A DNA stretch of 64,000 nucleotides from Octopus vulgaris (taxonomy: Eukaryota), in NCBI GenBank assembly GCA_951406725.2, contig OX597841.1, positions 20,212,001-20,276,000 on the forward strand, given 5' to 3'. Below the pieces are notes generated by a model. The model was not told where the DNA came from. It searched no databases and was given only the letters and a program-made list of their open reading frames with translations. Shown here in pieces: positions 23,490-36,936 of this stretch. How positions within the stretch are numbered: the first letter of the stretch is position 1; each line of letters starts with the position of its first letter. The position numbers and the translations under genes were made by a program.

Positions 23490-24905
23490 CATGCTACTTC
23501 ATTTAATTAAACAATGTATTACATCAGTTTTAAAATGTAGAGCACTCTTCAGTCACATATGGAATTTTAAAAATTAAATTGACAATGTTCATTTTTATAC
23601 TTATTCCATTTGCCAACATTACAAAGAGGGTAGGTATATAGACCAAGAGATGAATTTCATCATTAAGAACATGGTAGTAGAAGATCTTTCCTCATGGGCA
23701 GATTTTTTTTATCACTGAGTTCACTTTGTTATTTAGATTTACCAATGGGGATGGTTTTTTTTATTTAATTCAGTGGAGACAATCAAGAATTTTTCTATTT
23801 ATAGATAGAGGAAGGGGTAGTTCAAATGGCAGAGATATAAACCCAACCCTTTTATGAGAAATTTAACTTTGGTATATTTAAATGTATTTTAGCTAAAGTT
23901 AGTGGGCTGAAGCTAGTGGGGTAGGGAGAATAGAGATTTCTAATACCCTTAACCATTTAACAGTCATAATCCTGCTTGTGATTTTAAATAAATATCGTTC
24001 AGATAGTTTTTTTCCAAAGGATTCTAATAAATTTTAGTATCTTATATACGGATGGGGAGTATAGAAATCATTTCATATTTATAAAAATATATATATATCA
24101 GATTATTATTAATATAGATTTAAAGTTAGTTAGTAAATAGTAATTTATTTTTATTGAGTTATATTAAAGGAATATGCTAGACATATTATTTATTGCCTGT
24201 AAAAAAAGAGAAAAAACTTAACAATTAGCACATATATCAAGAGCCTATAAGATATTTTAAAGTGTAATGGAAGGGAGGTAATCAAGATGAACTTAATAAT
24301 TTCACTAGATATATGGAATTTATGCAATCCTATATAGGAAAGTTTCAAAATATTTTAATTTCACTTTATTCAATTTATTCTTAATAATCTATGCAGGTTA
24401 AATAAAAGCTAGTGTGGTATATTATTTCCTTATTTGGTTACAAAACATTAAGATTTGAATCTTTAGGAATAGTCAGAATGCTATTATTTAAAATACTTAA
24501 AAGTACGGGTGGCACACTGTATGCAGGATACTCTTAGATCAAAACGGTTATTCAATAAGTTTATATTATTCCTATGTTTCAAAATTTCATGTCTCCATAG
24601 AACAAAGTTCACATCCATCCCTACTATTTTTATAAGGCTGTGCCTTTCTTATTATATCCCATTTTAGGTTAAACTCGATATTTTTTCCTTTCAATTCCCA
24701 AATGTTACTAGACAGCATTGTGCAACCCGCCTTATGTTTAAGTCTAAAACTAGAGAAATGATTGTTTAAGCGTTTTTTCAGGTCTATCGAATATCCGAAA
24801 TAAAAATAGCTATTATTTAAAGTCATTACTGTACATTTATAAACTACGTTTTGAACCAGACACTGGCCAGATACCTTGATCTAATTCTACAATTACAACT
24901 GGGGG
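23490..24905 (-). mobile_element. Penelope-like element 3' relic (GIY-YIG domain plus pseudo-LTR with decayed hammerhead)
   Basis: Minus strand SCNCRI...CLVQNVVYKCTV...YFGYSIDLKKRLNNHFSSFR...LSSNIWELK...KWDIIRKAQPY...CELCSME; CTGAAGA...aaaactgatGTA hammerhead relic at 23514-23558. Confidence 0.75.
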
Positions 24906-25280
24906 ATGGTTTCTGATGAAAATCTTTAAGCTACAAGACAATGTATGACTAATTCAAAACAATGTGAATAAATAAGTATTACATGTAACACTAAATGAGA
25001 CTAATGAGAACCTTGTGCTTGGTGATAACGGCAACACACCCCACCACAATTTTCCCAGGCCCCACTGGTGGGGGCGTATGCCCTATGCTGGAAATCACTG
25101 ATGTAGAGTAGTGTAAGTTCGTTTATTTTGCCTTGATGGTGTTTGTGTTCCGTGTAAGTTGTATGTGTAATCTATACATATAAATTTGACATGGGCGATT
25201 CTTTCAAGTTGCAGTTCTCCTTCTCTCTCTCTCTCCCCCCCTTCCTTTATTGAACTTTCCTTATTAATTTTTCATTACAG

Positions 25281-25454
25281 GTGCGATACCCCGACAGAAT
25301 CACTCTTATCCGAGGCAACCATGAAAGTCGACAGATTACCCAGGTGTATGGCTTCTATGATGAATGTTTGAGGAAGTATGGGTCTATCACTGTGTGGCGC
25401 TACTGTACCGAAATATTTGACTTCCTTAGTTTATCAGCGATTATTGACGGCAAA
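25281..25454 (+). CDS. PPP4C: PPP4C coding exon 4 ([35 protein letters not shown]...SAIIDGK)
   Basis: Acceptor ttcattacAG; donor GTAAGT at 25455; RGNHE motif. Confidence 0.97.
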
Positions 25455-26025
25455 GTAAGTCAGACCCATCATCACATTTTCTCTACTGCTGCTCCTCCTT
25501 CTCTTCCTCCCTTCTCCCCTTCTTCAATATGGTCACCACCACTTGTCACCCTATGATGAGCTAGTGAAGAAGTGGTGGGGTGCTGTTTGATCTGCTAGAA
25601 ACTGCAGCAAAATCTTCAGATCATACTCTTCCTTCTTAAAAACAGGAGAGACATGTTTACTATGTATCTAAAAAAAAAAAAAAAGATCTTAGCAAGAACA
25701 CCTTTGATTATAAACTTGTCTGATCAGATCTACTGGACTTTTAACCACAGGAAGCACCCCCATGACACCTATACACCAACATGCCTCCACCATTGTGGAT
25801 ATAAGACATGATATATATATAAGGGGGAATTTCTACACCGCTGGATGCTCTTCCTGTCACCAACTCTCACCCGTTTCCAGGTCATATAATATTCCCCCTT
25901 GTCTAGACATATTTTCAGGGAAGATTGAAATGAAGGACACAGCCTGTGTCCTTCATGACACAATCAACTATTGTGCAATATTAAGGGAAGGAAAAGCCAA
26001 CTCTCTCTCTCTCTCTCTCTCTCAC

Positions 26026-26239
26026 ATTTTTAGAAACAAAGAAATTGCAAATGCCGGAGAATAACTGTGAAAACAACTTCAGAAAATTGGGTCTAGAAAC
26101 CCCTTAGTGGGTGCAGAGTTTAATTCTTTATAGTCACTGCTCACCCCCTTTTTTCTATCCATGGGGGTTTTTACCTGACTTTCTAAAGCTGTTTTCACAG
26201 CTATTCTCCTGCATTCAAGATTTTTTTGTTTCTAAAAAT
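26026..26239. repeat. Foldback element with about 70-bp imperfect inverted arms
   Basis: tttttagaaacaaagaaattgcaaatgccggagaataactgtgaaaacaac mirrored by gctgttttcacagctattctcctgcattcaagatttttttgtttctaaaaa. Confidence 0.75.
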
Positions 26240-26479
26240 ATCGACCTTCTTGATGCTTCTGTGGTTGTTGTATAAAAGTGTGTGTATGTATATCTATCTA
26301 CCTATAATATAATAATGGACCTTTCTCACTTTCCATCTGCCAAATCCGTTTGCAAGGATTTGGTCTGCCTGGGTCTAAAGAGAATGACACCCAAAATACC
26401 ATGCAGCAGGATTGAACCTGGAACCATGAGGTTGGGGATCAAGCCCCTTAATCACATAGCCATGCCTGCGCTTTAATAT

Positions 26480-26709
26480 GATACGTATTTCTTTTACTAC
26501 CCACAAGGGGCTAAACACAGAGGGGACAGACAAACGGATTAAGTCGATTGCATCAACCCCAGTGCGTAACTGGTACTTATTTAATCGACCCCAAAAGGAT
26601 GAAAGGCAAAGTCGACCTCGGCGGAATTTGAACTCAGAACGTAAAGACAGAGGAAATACTGCTAAGCATTTTTCCCAGCGTGCTAACCACTCTGCCATCT
26701 CGCTGCCTT
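26480..26709 (-). mobile_element. Near full-length tRNA-derived SINE family D
   Basis: Minus strand A-box-like TGGCAGAGTGG, B-box-like GAGTTCAAATTC, central gccgaggtcgactttgcctttcatcctttt-ggggtcgat...taagtaccag domain. Confidence 0.8.
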
Positions 26710-28035
26710 CATGCTTTAATATAATATTAATAGAGAGCTAGTCATGTGATGAGGTGGCTTTCACTCATATTGGTGGCCTCTTGGCATCTTTCAGGCTGAC
26801 ATGGGTTGAACAAACCTATTTGAGTTGATCATCCTTAATTGGAGTCTGGTAGGAAGATAATCCTGAATAAATCTTCTTAGTGGTGGTCATGCTTTAACTC
26901 TTTAGCATTTAGATTACTTTGTCAAATGTAATGCTTTTTTCTTTTATCTTTTAGTTGTTTCAGTCATTAGATTGTGGCCATGCTGGGGCACTTTAAAGAA
27001 TTTTAGTTGAACATATCAACCCCAGTACTCCTTTTCTTCTTAAGCATGGTGCTTATTCTGTTGGTCATTTTTGCTGAACCACTAAGTACATGGATTAGAC
27101 ACACATGCAATACGGGCTTCTTTCCAGTTTTCATCTGCCAATTCTTTGGTCAGCCTGAGGCTATAGTAGAAGACACTTGCCCAAGGTGCCATGCAGTGGG
27201 AGTGAACCCGGAACCATGTGGTTGGGAAGTAAGTTTCTTACCACAGGGCCATTTTTAATTCAACATGCATTATCTCATAGCTTCAAGATTTCAATATAAT
27301 TATTTTTACAATCACATTGTACGGTAGGTGTGAGCGGTCAAATCTGACTTGTTTGAACTGGTAGATTGAGCAGGGTACGGCCAGTTTAAATGCTTTAGGT
27401 TAAAGCTGAAACCCAGTGGTCATTCATTTTTACTGTTTAGCTCCAAGTTAACCCTGTTGAAACAGACCTATAGTCAAAATCATTTTGGCAATGGTTTTTT
27501 CATTTATTTCTATTACATTCAGTGCATCAAGGAATATATTATTAAAGGATTCTTCTTTACAAGATTGTATATAACCTTTTGGCCTTTTGACTGGCCATAT
27601 CCAGTTCAAATTTTCACCTTGTCTTATGTTAAAACTAATCAGGTCTGTAAAGATGAAAGGCAAAATTAACTTCAGTGAGATTTGAACTCTGCATGCTGAG
27701 AGTCGGATCTAGTTTGGTGAGACATTGTATCTGATGCTCTACTGACTCTGCCAGTCTTGTTGCTTCCATTTTGTTCTGTTACCCCCCCCCCCCCAATCTG
27801 TTATTTCCTCTTCTCTAACAACTGGTCCCTTTTTCCTTTCTCATTTTCTCTTTAGAATGGGAGTAAGTACTTGAATATTTTGAAACAGATTTTTGTTGTT
27901 TAGCACCAGGTTGTCTTTGATGAAACAAACGGCCGGCTGAAGATGTCAGCCCAGCCTATCCTTGTGGGCTTAATACTTTCATGTCAAATACATTCTGATT
28001 TCTGTTTCTAATATATAGACATTGTGTTACTTCAG

Positions 28036-28162
28036 ATTTTCTGTGTCCATGGAGGACTGTCTCCCTCAATCCAGACATTAGACCAAATAAGGGCCATAGA
28101 TCGAAAACAAGAAGTTCCTCATGATGGCCCCATGTGTGACCTGTTGTGGTCTGACCCTGAAG
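28036..28162 (+). CDS. PPP4C: PPP4C coding exon 5 ([19 protein letters not shown]...CDLLWSDPE)
   Basis: Acceptor ttacttcAG; donor G|GTAAAA at 28163; HGG and DLLWSDP motifs. Confidence 0.96.
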
Positions 28163-29963
28163 GTAAAACAACTTTTTCTTTCTTTTTAAATATGCATGTT
28201 TGTGTGTGTTGGTGTGGGGTAAGAAGCTTGCTTCCCTGCCACGTGTTTCCAGGTTCAGTCCCAGTGAGTGGCACCTTGGGCAAGGGTCTCAAGCTGACCA
28301 ATGTCTTGTGATTGAATTTAGAAGATGGAAACTGAAAGAAGCCCTTGTGTGTGTGTGTGTGGTGCACACAATGACAGACTTTCAGCTACAGTAAGCAACT
28401 TGTGACTGTTGAGGCTGAAATGTCTGATGTCCTTGAACAACTGGAAATGGTTGAGGGGACACGAGGGAGGAGTGGTTGCAGTGAAAGGTGACCGGTGGTT
28501 AGGGTAGACCAGGGAATAGTGATGAAAGGGGATCTGTATTGGAGGGAGACTAGGAAGAGGAATTTTGCAAACAAACTGGTGCAATACCAAGATGTATTAA
28601 GGAGATGCTGGTGTTGCAGACCTGTTGGACTCAATCAAGGCCAGAATGAATAAAATCAATAAATTAGCAATGATTTGCAAGTTTTTATTTTGTCAAATAA
28701 TAAACTTATCTCTCTATTAGTATTTTGCCAAATGTATTTGTACTTTTGTGTGTGTGTGTGTGTTGGGGGGGTTAGCACTGGAGCTTAGGAGTGAAATTAG
28801 GTTACTAATCACAAAACACTGTTTCAATGTATATATATGTTAGTTATCAGTGATAACTGGAAGTCTGGTAGTGGAGAGGTGATAGATAGAAAACAAAAAG
28901 CTCTTATCATTAACTGAATTTCACAAACAATAACATACACACATACAATTTATGTGTAATATATACACATACATATACAGGGAGAAGCAGGTGTGCTACA
29001 AATTACCACATGAGGTTGCTGTTGCTCAGCATTTTATCTGAAGATGCGATCCATGACCAATCTGATTCTGTTGTCATTTCTAATTATTCATTGACCTTGA
29101 TTATCAATTGCTGAAGCAATTGTAAATGATATGAAATTAACAAAATACCAACAACTTGCTTCCTGCTGTTGAAAGGATGGAAAGCTAAGATGACCTGAAC
29201 TGAGTTTGAATTTGCACAAAAAGGAAGAAATACCACAAAACATTTCCTCCAATAATAGCATCATCATCATCATCTTTCATCGTTTCACTTTCACCATTGT
29301 CATCATCCAAGTCAGTCCTTATCAGTCAGCGGACCACACCTCACTCCTGCTTTGTTTTGGACTTGGTTTTCCTCACTTGATGCGCCTCCCATCTTCATCA
29401 ACTTTACTCAGTTGCATTTTATCTCAGTTATCATTCTCTAGGTTGTCATGTCCTAGAGAAGACGAAAGGTTACCTCAGCTGATTAATCAATCACTTTACA
29501 GAGTATATTGGTTTCATGAGGTTCCTCTGACAGGTTTTTGGTTTAACATTACTCAATCGGATGCAGTGCTCAGAGGTCAGAGTGGGGTTCTCTCTCCAGG
29601 TTGAGCTGCTACTTCTCTACATTGAGACATCACAGCTCCAGCACTACACACTCATGGTTATAATATTGCAGGAACATAAAAACAAACATACTAGCAGAGA
29701 GACTGCCCTCCAAGCCGTTTTCTGCTAGCTACTTGATAATATTTTCACTTTTGATTCCCAATTCTAATATTTTTTAATATTTTATGTCTAATTATTTCTT
29801 TATACTCACTTGATTAGTAAGTATTGTTTTATTACAATCATAATCTCTTTTTTAAACAAACTTCAAGGTAGTCCAACTACAGAGGGGAAAGCAGTTTAAG
29901 TTTTACCTTCCCCTCAAAACAACATTCCAATTCAGCAGCCCATCTGTAAGCTTTGCAGTGTGT

Positions 29964-30005
<42 letters not shown>

Positions 30006-30379
30006 TGCAAACAATGAATGAAATAAACATAAAATTTAAAAATAAAAAGAAATTGTTTATATTTTCAGAGGGAAAAGTCAGTGATTTAAGGGGGTTTGGG
30101 CTGTTGTTTCTAGCATGTCCCAAGACAACTCACCATGTTTCTTTATCACTCTCGTATGTATTGATGTTTTTCAATACGCCCCCCCCCCATAACGAAAAGA
30201 GAATTTTAAAAATTATGAGTTTTCTGCAACCCCGCTCCCTGGCCCCGATTGTTTTGTTTATAAATTATTGGAGAGCTTGAGAAGGGCATTGCTGGCATTT
30301 ATCCCCGATGATTTAGAGAAAGAGTTACGTAAATGATAATTCATTTTAATAGCATACTTTTCTGTTTGAAAATGCTTTT

Positions 30380-30414
<35 letters not shown>

Positions 30415-30794
30415 GCTTCGCTTGATTAAGGTGGGGATAGATTACAATTTTGAAATTGTTCCTCATATCAAAGTTATTTGGCTATTAATGAATTATTAAT
30501 GAAAATAGAGGTGAGAGAGATTCTTGCAAATGAAAATGGAAAATGTCGCAACGAATTAATGTTCTTTATTATTAAACATTAACATCTCCTAGATATGGAT
30601 GTATAAACGCTGTCACTTAGGTTGTATGGCACACACATACTCACTTGTACAGATATAAGCATACGCACACACATGAAATAGCTACTTAGTGTTCATAAGA
30701 GTTAAATTTAATTCATTCATACCTTAAGGTAAATTATGATTATTAATTTGGTTAAGAGTTACTCAAATTCATTCCCACTGCATATGTGTGTATA

Positions 30795-31258
30795 ATATAA
30801 TATAATGAAATTATTGTATGCAGTGCTCAGGTGCACCACAACTTGTCAAAAAGTGTGTATAAAGCATATGCAGTAATGTACAAATGTCTGGAAAGCGAAC
30901 AGTGTATGAATCAGATACATGCTTGTGTGTGTATGGAGGGGAGAATCTCAGGAAGCATGGAAGTTTTGAAGGATGCAGTGCTCCGACAACTAACAACTGA
31001 TGTCGGCAGTTTGTTCCATGCTTCAGCAACTCTCAGCGTGTAAAAATGTTTTTGAAAGACATGGGAGTTGTGCTGTTTTCTGACTTTGTAAACATGTCCG
31101 TGGGTGTTAGACGGGTGGGGTTTGAAAAGGTGCTCAGAGTTATTGTTTGTAAGATGGTTAATAATTTTATGGGTGTCTGCCAAGTCAGCTGCCAGACGTT
31201 GGAGTTTCAATGTGTCCATGCCCAGGGAAGTAAGGCGTTCAGGATATGGCAAATGCCT
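30795..31258 (-). mobile_element. 5'-truncated CR1/L2-clade LINE 3' end
   Basis: ORF 30911..31252 PYPERLTSLGMDTLKLQRLAADL...HGHVYKV...HFYTLRVAEAWNKLP, followed by a 3' UTR and short AT-rich repeat tail. Confidence 0.85.
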
Positions 31259-31351
31259 GAAACATAACTAAAAGAATCCTATACCAATTGTTTACTTGCT
31301 ACATTCATTGATATTTGTACCTGTAACCTTTTCTTTTTCTCTCTTTTACAG

Positions 31352-31541
31352 ACATGCAAGGCTGGGGTGTGTCTCCCCGAGGAGCTGGGTACCTGTTTGG
31401 GAGTGATGTGGTGTCACAGTTCAATGTTGCTAATGACATTGATCTCATTTGCCGGGCTCATCAGTTGGTCATGGAAGGCTACAAATGGCATTTTAATGAG
31501 ACTGTTCTAACTGTCTGGTCAGCACCAAATTACTGTTACAG
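31352..31541 (+). CDS. PPP4C: PPP4C coding exon 6 ([17 protein letters not shown]...[10 protein letters not shown]...WSAPNYCYR)
   Basis: Long pyrimidine tract and cAG at 31349-31351; donor AG|GTGAGT at 31542; RAHQ and SAPNY motifs. Confidence 0.97.
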
Positions 31542-33226
31542 GTGAGTTATATAAATTTTGGTAATCGGTGCACTTGTGGAATTGGTAGAGCATCAGATTT
31601 AATAAAGTTGTGATCTGTTTAGTTAGGGTTTTTCTTTTTTTCTAACCTTCTTAGATGCAGGAATGGTTGTGTGGTCAAGAAATTTGCTTCCCAGCTACCC
31701 TACCACATGGTTTTGGGTTCAGTTCCAATTCTTGGAACCTTGGCCAAGTGCCTTCTATAATAGTCCTCGGCTGATCAAAGTCTTGTGAATGAATTTGGTA
31801 GATGGAAACGGAAAGAAGCACATTTCATGTATAGAAATATATAAAAATCATCATTCTCCACATTTAAGGTCTGTTTTGCATGCTGCTCTCATGGATTGGA
31901 CGGTTTGACAGGGGCCACATCAGGTTTTATAGTCTGGTTGGATGCCCTTCCTAATACCAACCACTTCACAGAGTGTGATGGGTGCTTTTTATGTGGTCTC
32001 AATTCTGTTGTGGGTGGGTTTTCTCTAGTACAACACAGTACCACCAATCTCAGACCTCCGTCTTCACCTTCGTCTGGTTCAGCATTTTGAGATCAGCCTT
32101 CAGTACTTCCTGGCTCTTCCTCTTCCACAACTTTCACACTCACAAAGCGTATGTCTTCGAATGTTGGGCCTCATGTAGGCGATGACAAGTGACTGAGACC
32201 TTTGGCAGTATGCAGTGTTTGGAAAGACTTGTGAAGCCAAGTAAAATCATAGTCATGGCCATTGCCAGTGTCACGGAAATGACTTATAAAAAGCACCCAT
32301 TACACTCTTGGAGTGGTTGGTGTTAGGAAGGGCATCCAAATTAGTCTGGAACCTGGTACAGCCCTCTAGCTTACCAGTTCCCGTTGGAAAGCAGATGATG
32401 ATGATATGCCAGGGGTCACCAAACTACAGCCCACATGGTCAGTTCACCTGGCTCACCTTTTGTGTAAGTACCAGCAATGAGAGTTCAGTTGTCTTTGGAA
32501 CTTATGTTTGTGAGCGAACATTTCCAAAATTGAAGTATGTGAATGCGGTTGACCGATGAACATTTGAAAGCAATTCTCTTGATTGGATGCAGCAATTCCA
32601 AAGCAAATACTGATGAATCTTAAAAGCTACGTTCCTGTTTCACAAATCTCACTCACCTTTTTTGCTGCTTAGTTTGAGAGATTTGGATATGTGCACTCTG
32701 GGTGTGATATGACTATCTTATTGATAACGTTTTGGTGAATAAATATGTTGGTTGTCTTTATTTTTTTGTCTTGAACAAAATAGTTACGCAGCCCACACGT
32801 CGTTCTCTCAGTTATCTTGCAAGCTGTTAAGTTTGATGACCCCTGATGATATGCAAACATTAAGTTGGTTAAAATATGCTTGTGATATATTTCAACTGCT
32901 AAAAGGCAAAGTCACTGTGGTTACGATGGATGAAAAATTCTCTCTTAAGGTAAAAGGTGTAAAAACACCAAATCTGCCCATTGTTGCCCTCTTTTGCTTT
33001 CGCAGATGCAATGTTTCTGGCTCTTTAGCCATTATCAAAGCTAAATACCAAAGAGAGAGCAGATTTAAAGCTGTAACTAAAACACAGTCGACAACATTGC
33101 GTGATTAATTCAAAATAATGTGGATAAATAAGCCTTGGACTAGACAGAGTGGTCTGAATGCTAAGACAACAGAGTCTTCTCATTGTGTGTTCTTTCATGT
33201 AATCTCTCTTTTCCTGTCTCTCGCAG

Positions 33227-33305
33227 ATGTGGCAACGTTGCAGCAATATTAGAACTTGACGAACATGTACAAAGAGATTTTACTATTTTTGAAGCTGCCC
33301 CACAG
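33227..33305 (+). CDS. PPP4C: PPP4C coding exon 7 ([26 protein letters not shown])
   Basis: Acceptor ctctcgcAG; donor CAG|GTGAGT at 33306; phases compatible with flanking exons. Confidence 0.95.
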
Positions 33306-33569
33306 GTGAGTGCAAGCCGCAGTGCCATTGGGCATCTTGTTCTGTTCATGATGTTAGCAGTAGGAGTTCCTGACGTTGTTAGCCCTTCCCTCATCCCAGA
33401 TCAGCCCTACTTGAGCAGACCTATCATTAGAGCAATATGATTGTTGTGGTATCAAAGACAATCAAAAGAAGAAGAGCTTTTAACACTCGAGATATTGAAA
33501 CCTTATCTCTGAACTTAGTTGCTGGAAATAGATATTCTTTGCTACAGTGTAAGCATTCAAGTATTGTCT

Positions 33570-33970
33570 TTAGGTGCGGCAGTGTGGTTAGAAGGTTGCT
33601 TCCCAACCACATGGTTCCAGGTTCAGTCCCTCTGCATGGCACCTTGAGGCAAGTGTCTTCTACTATAGCCTTGGGCTGATCAAAGCCTTGTGAGTGGATA
33701 TGGGAGGTGGAAACTGAAAGAAGCCTGTCGTATATATTTTATATGTATCTATGTGTGTGTGTGTCTGTGTTGTCCCCCTATCACTGCCTGACAACTAGTG
33801 TTGGTGTGTCTATGTCTCTGTAACTTAGCAGTTTGGCAAAAGACGCTGATAGAATAAATACTAGGTTTAAGAATTAAGTCCTGGGGTCAATTTGGTCAAC
33901 TAAAATCCCTCAAGGCAGTACTCCAGCATGGCCACAGTCATATGACTGAAGCAAGTGAAAGAATAAAAGA
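33570..33970 (+). mobile_element. Full bipartite A+B tRNA-derived SINE
   Basis: tRNA-like head with GGTTCAGTCCC, core, (TA)/(TG) spacer, B module ending gactgaagcaagtgaaagaataaaaga. Confidence 0.8.
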
Positions 33971-34156
33971 TTACCAAAATCCTGGAATCCATGGTCTTGG
34001 TTGTAGGAGTCAAATCTACTTTTTTGCCTTTTTCTGTAAATTTGGGTCTGAAAAATACAGTATGGAAAATGTTTGCATTTCTATTTTCTCGCACACTCTT
34101 TGTGAGCCATTGATTCAATAGTTTGGAATGTTCCACTTTCACAGAAATGGCCCCAC

Positions 34157-35400
34157 TCATCATCATCGTCTGTTTTCCATGATGGCATGGGTTGGGTGGG
34201 TTGACTGAGGACTGGCTGCACCAAGCTCCAGTCTGATCTGGCAAGGTTTCTACAACTGGATGACTTTCCTAACACCAACCACTCCAAGGGGGTAGAGGGT
34301 GCTTTTTACGTGCCACCAGCATGGGAGCCAGTTAGGTGGCACTGGCATTGACCATGTTTGGATGGTGCTTATTACATGCCACCAGCACGGGGAGCCAGTC
34401 AGGTGGCACTGGCATCAGCTGCAACTACGATTCCACTTGACTCAACAGGTCTTCCCAAGCACAGTATATCAGCCAATGATTTAAAGGTGCTTTTAAATGG
34501 GCTGCTTTGCAACACTGGTATCATCCACAGCTGCGATCTCACTTTGCTGGCCACGTCTTCTCAATCACAGCATATCTTCAAAGGTCTCAATCTCTTGTCA
34601 TTGCCTCTGTGAGGCCCAACATTCGAAGGTTGTGCTTCATCACCTCATCCCATGTCTTCCTGGCTCCACCTCTTTCACTGTCAGGGTGTGGCACTTCTTC
34701 ACACAGCTGTCCTCATCCATACACAACACATGACCATACTAGTGCAGTCATCTCTCTTGCATGCCACATCCTATGCTTCTTATGTCCAGCATTTCTCTCA
34801 GGGCACTTACACTCTGTTGAGTATGCACACTGACATTACACATCCAGTGGATCATACTAGCTTCATCTCTTTCAAGCCTTCGCATGTCCTCAGCAGTCAT
34901 GGCCCATGTTTCACTGCTGTGTAGCATGGCTGTTCACACACATTCATCATATATTCTACCTTTCACTCTGAGCAGAAGGCTATTCTTATTCTAGCAGCTA
35001 CACTCTCAGATCAACCACCACACACTACATACTTGGTCATCTAGGTAGCGGAAGCTATCACCTACTTCTGGTTTCTTCCCCTGGTATGTGAAGGAATCTG
35101 TTTCCTGTACATCTTCAGTGTTTATGGTCCCTGTGCATCTGCTACACACAAAAACTATCTTCCTGATTAACCTTCCTTTGATATTGCTGCACCTCTTATG
35201 TGTCCATAGCTTACACTGAGTAAATCTTAGGGGAGTTGCTAAAGATTGAGCAGGGCCATATACCTGAAAAGTTTTTTTTTTTTTTATTTGTCTGCTTTTC
35301 TACTTACTAGGACTTTGGTTTTTGCTAGATTGACTCTAAAGCCCTTCAATTTTAGATTTTGCCCCACTGATTATACTAACTCCTGTAGCCTAAAATATCT
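34157..35400 (-). mobile_element. RTE-clade LINE 3' portion with 3' UTR and (GAT)n tail
   Basis: Minus strand encodes ...AMLHSSETWAMTAEDMRRLERDEASMIHW... and RKTWDEVMK, running directly into the dispersed tail sequence. Confidence 0.8.
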
Positions 35401-35429
35401 GAATCAACTTGGCTTTAGTACAGTGATAT

Positions 35430-36150
35430 TTTAGGGGCTCAGCTGGTGCATAATGTTTATGATTTATTTTGGGGGTCAGATAAGGTTAAAATGTTTTAGA
35501 GGATCATGTATGTTTATAATGTTTGGGGTCAAGTAATATGCTTGTAGTATTTATGATGCTTTTAAGTCGAAGGTAGAGGTGCTTTAGGGATCTGTTATAT
35601 GTTTGATGTTTTGGGTCAACTTAACCTTTCATCCTTTCAGGGTCGATAAAATTAGTACCAGTTGAGCACTGAGGTCAATGTAATCAATTTTACTACTCTT
35701 GGGTGAGAGTATAAAAATTGCACCCCTCTGCCAAGCCATGTGGAGCCAGTGTGGCAGAATAAGCTCATCAAACCAGTATGATCTTGAACTCAAATTCATG
35801 GCCTTCATCTCAGACCATGGTTGGTGGAGAGATAAGCAGTCCAATCGAATTCAATCTAAATTTAGGAGAATTAAGAGCTTTATTTTATGGGATCGATGTT
35901 TGGGATGATCTTATATGGTGTATTAATGGTGAATATTGGTTTATGATGTTTTGGATTGAAAGGATGTGTTTGGGGATCAGATGATTATGCTGTTTTGGGA
36001 TTAATGATCATGATACTAAATAATTTATTAGGGGTCAAACAATGTGCTGCTTATGTTTTAAGGTTCGATAATTATTTATATTTTGATGGTCAAACAACAA
36101 CTCTGATGTAGAGTGTGTTTTGGGGGTGAAATGATGTGATGTATATTTCT
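35430..36150. repeat. Degenerate GT-rich tandem repeat (about 40-bp units, ttggggtcaa core) interrupted by a SINE D fragment
   Basis: Recurrent variants of tgtttt(g)gggtca...tatgtttat. Confidence 0.5.
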
Positions 36151-36169
36151 GATGCTATGCAAGGAGGGG

Positions 36170-36540
36170 ATTCGATGATGCTATTCGAACCAGCCAGCCT
36201 GCTGATACCTCCAGTGTGGAGTACATGCAGCCCTGGACATCATAGACCTGTTATTGTTCGGCCTTGTGTGACCATCTGTTGCCTGTTCCTCCTCTGAGAA
36301 GCACTTTGTTTGCAAACCAACTGACCCAGACACAATAGCCTGTTGCCACTGGGCTCGTGTGAACCAGGTCGCTGATGCTGCAACCATGCCACAATCACTT
36401 GCAAGGGATGATGGCTACAGCATCAGACATGAAGAAGACTGGCAATCCTGGGCCACATGCAGAGTTCCTGACAATAGCTTCAGTACCACTGGGCTACTGG
36501 AACAGCATCAATCAGCAGGCCAGCCACTGGATTTCATCAG
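36170..36540 (-). mobile_element. Highly decayed RTE (BovB-like) C-terminal fragment
   Basis: RAQWQQAIVSG-like segment in ORF 36181..36387; weak similarity only. Confidence 0.4.
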
Positions 36541-36653
36541 ACTTATGATAATAACGATGCTGACTCTTAATTTTGGTGCTCGTTAAATGTATTTTTAATG
36601 ATGTTCCGTCTCCATTCATGGATGTCTAAATTGTGTCTCAATCTCTTTTCCAG

Positions 36654-36704
36654 GAATGCCGTGGAATCCCATCTAAAAAGCCACAACCAGACTACTTCCT
36701 CTGA
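36654..36704 (+). CDS. PPP4C: PPP4C last coding exon (ECRGIPSKKPQPDYFL*)
   Basis: Acceptor ctcttttccAG at 36651-36653; ends in the DYFL carboxymethylation motif of PP2A-family phosphatases followed by TGA. Read by hand; not in the ORF track in this frame. Confidence 0.95.
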   Translation, partial: ECRGIPSKKPQPDYFL

Positions 36705-36896
36705 TGAACGTCAATATATCTGCCCCACCACACCTTTCCCTCTTTCTCTCTCTCTCTTACCTGTCACTCTCTCTCCTACATTACCATAAACCAAATACGT
36801 CTTACCTGTGAACTTAACTGGACCGTGATTGGCCAGCTGTTACACAACATAACATTCAGAGACTGACACACACAAACGGAAACAGAGACATACATG

Positions 36897-36936
<40 letters not shown>

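Larger units (their letters stand above)
20080..25100. mobile_element. hAT/Charlie-type non-autonomous element expanded by nested insertions
   Basis: Starts CAGTGG at 20080 and ends CACTG at 25100; flanked by 8-bp near-identical direct repeats gtgtagag (20072-20079) and atgtagag (25101-25108). Confidence 0.55.
12568..36704 (+). other. PPP4C: Serine/threonine-protein phosphatase 4 catalytic subunit gene (span of 8 coding exons)
   Basis: Exons of 26+124+153+174+127+190+79+51 = 924 nt join in frame across GT-AG introns to give 307 aa. Contains PPP-family motifs GDIHGQ, GDFVDRG, RGNHE, HGG, RAHQ, SAPNY, plus the PP4-type N-terminus ([14 protein letters not shown]) and C-terminus (GIPSKKPQPDYFL). 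Confidence 0.97.

Noticed and set aside
33306-33440. In-frame read-through after PPP4C coding exon 7 giving an alternative C-terminus
   Set aside because: Strong GTGAGT donor, tail partly made of a dispersed repeat, and the true DYFL exon exists at 36654.
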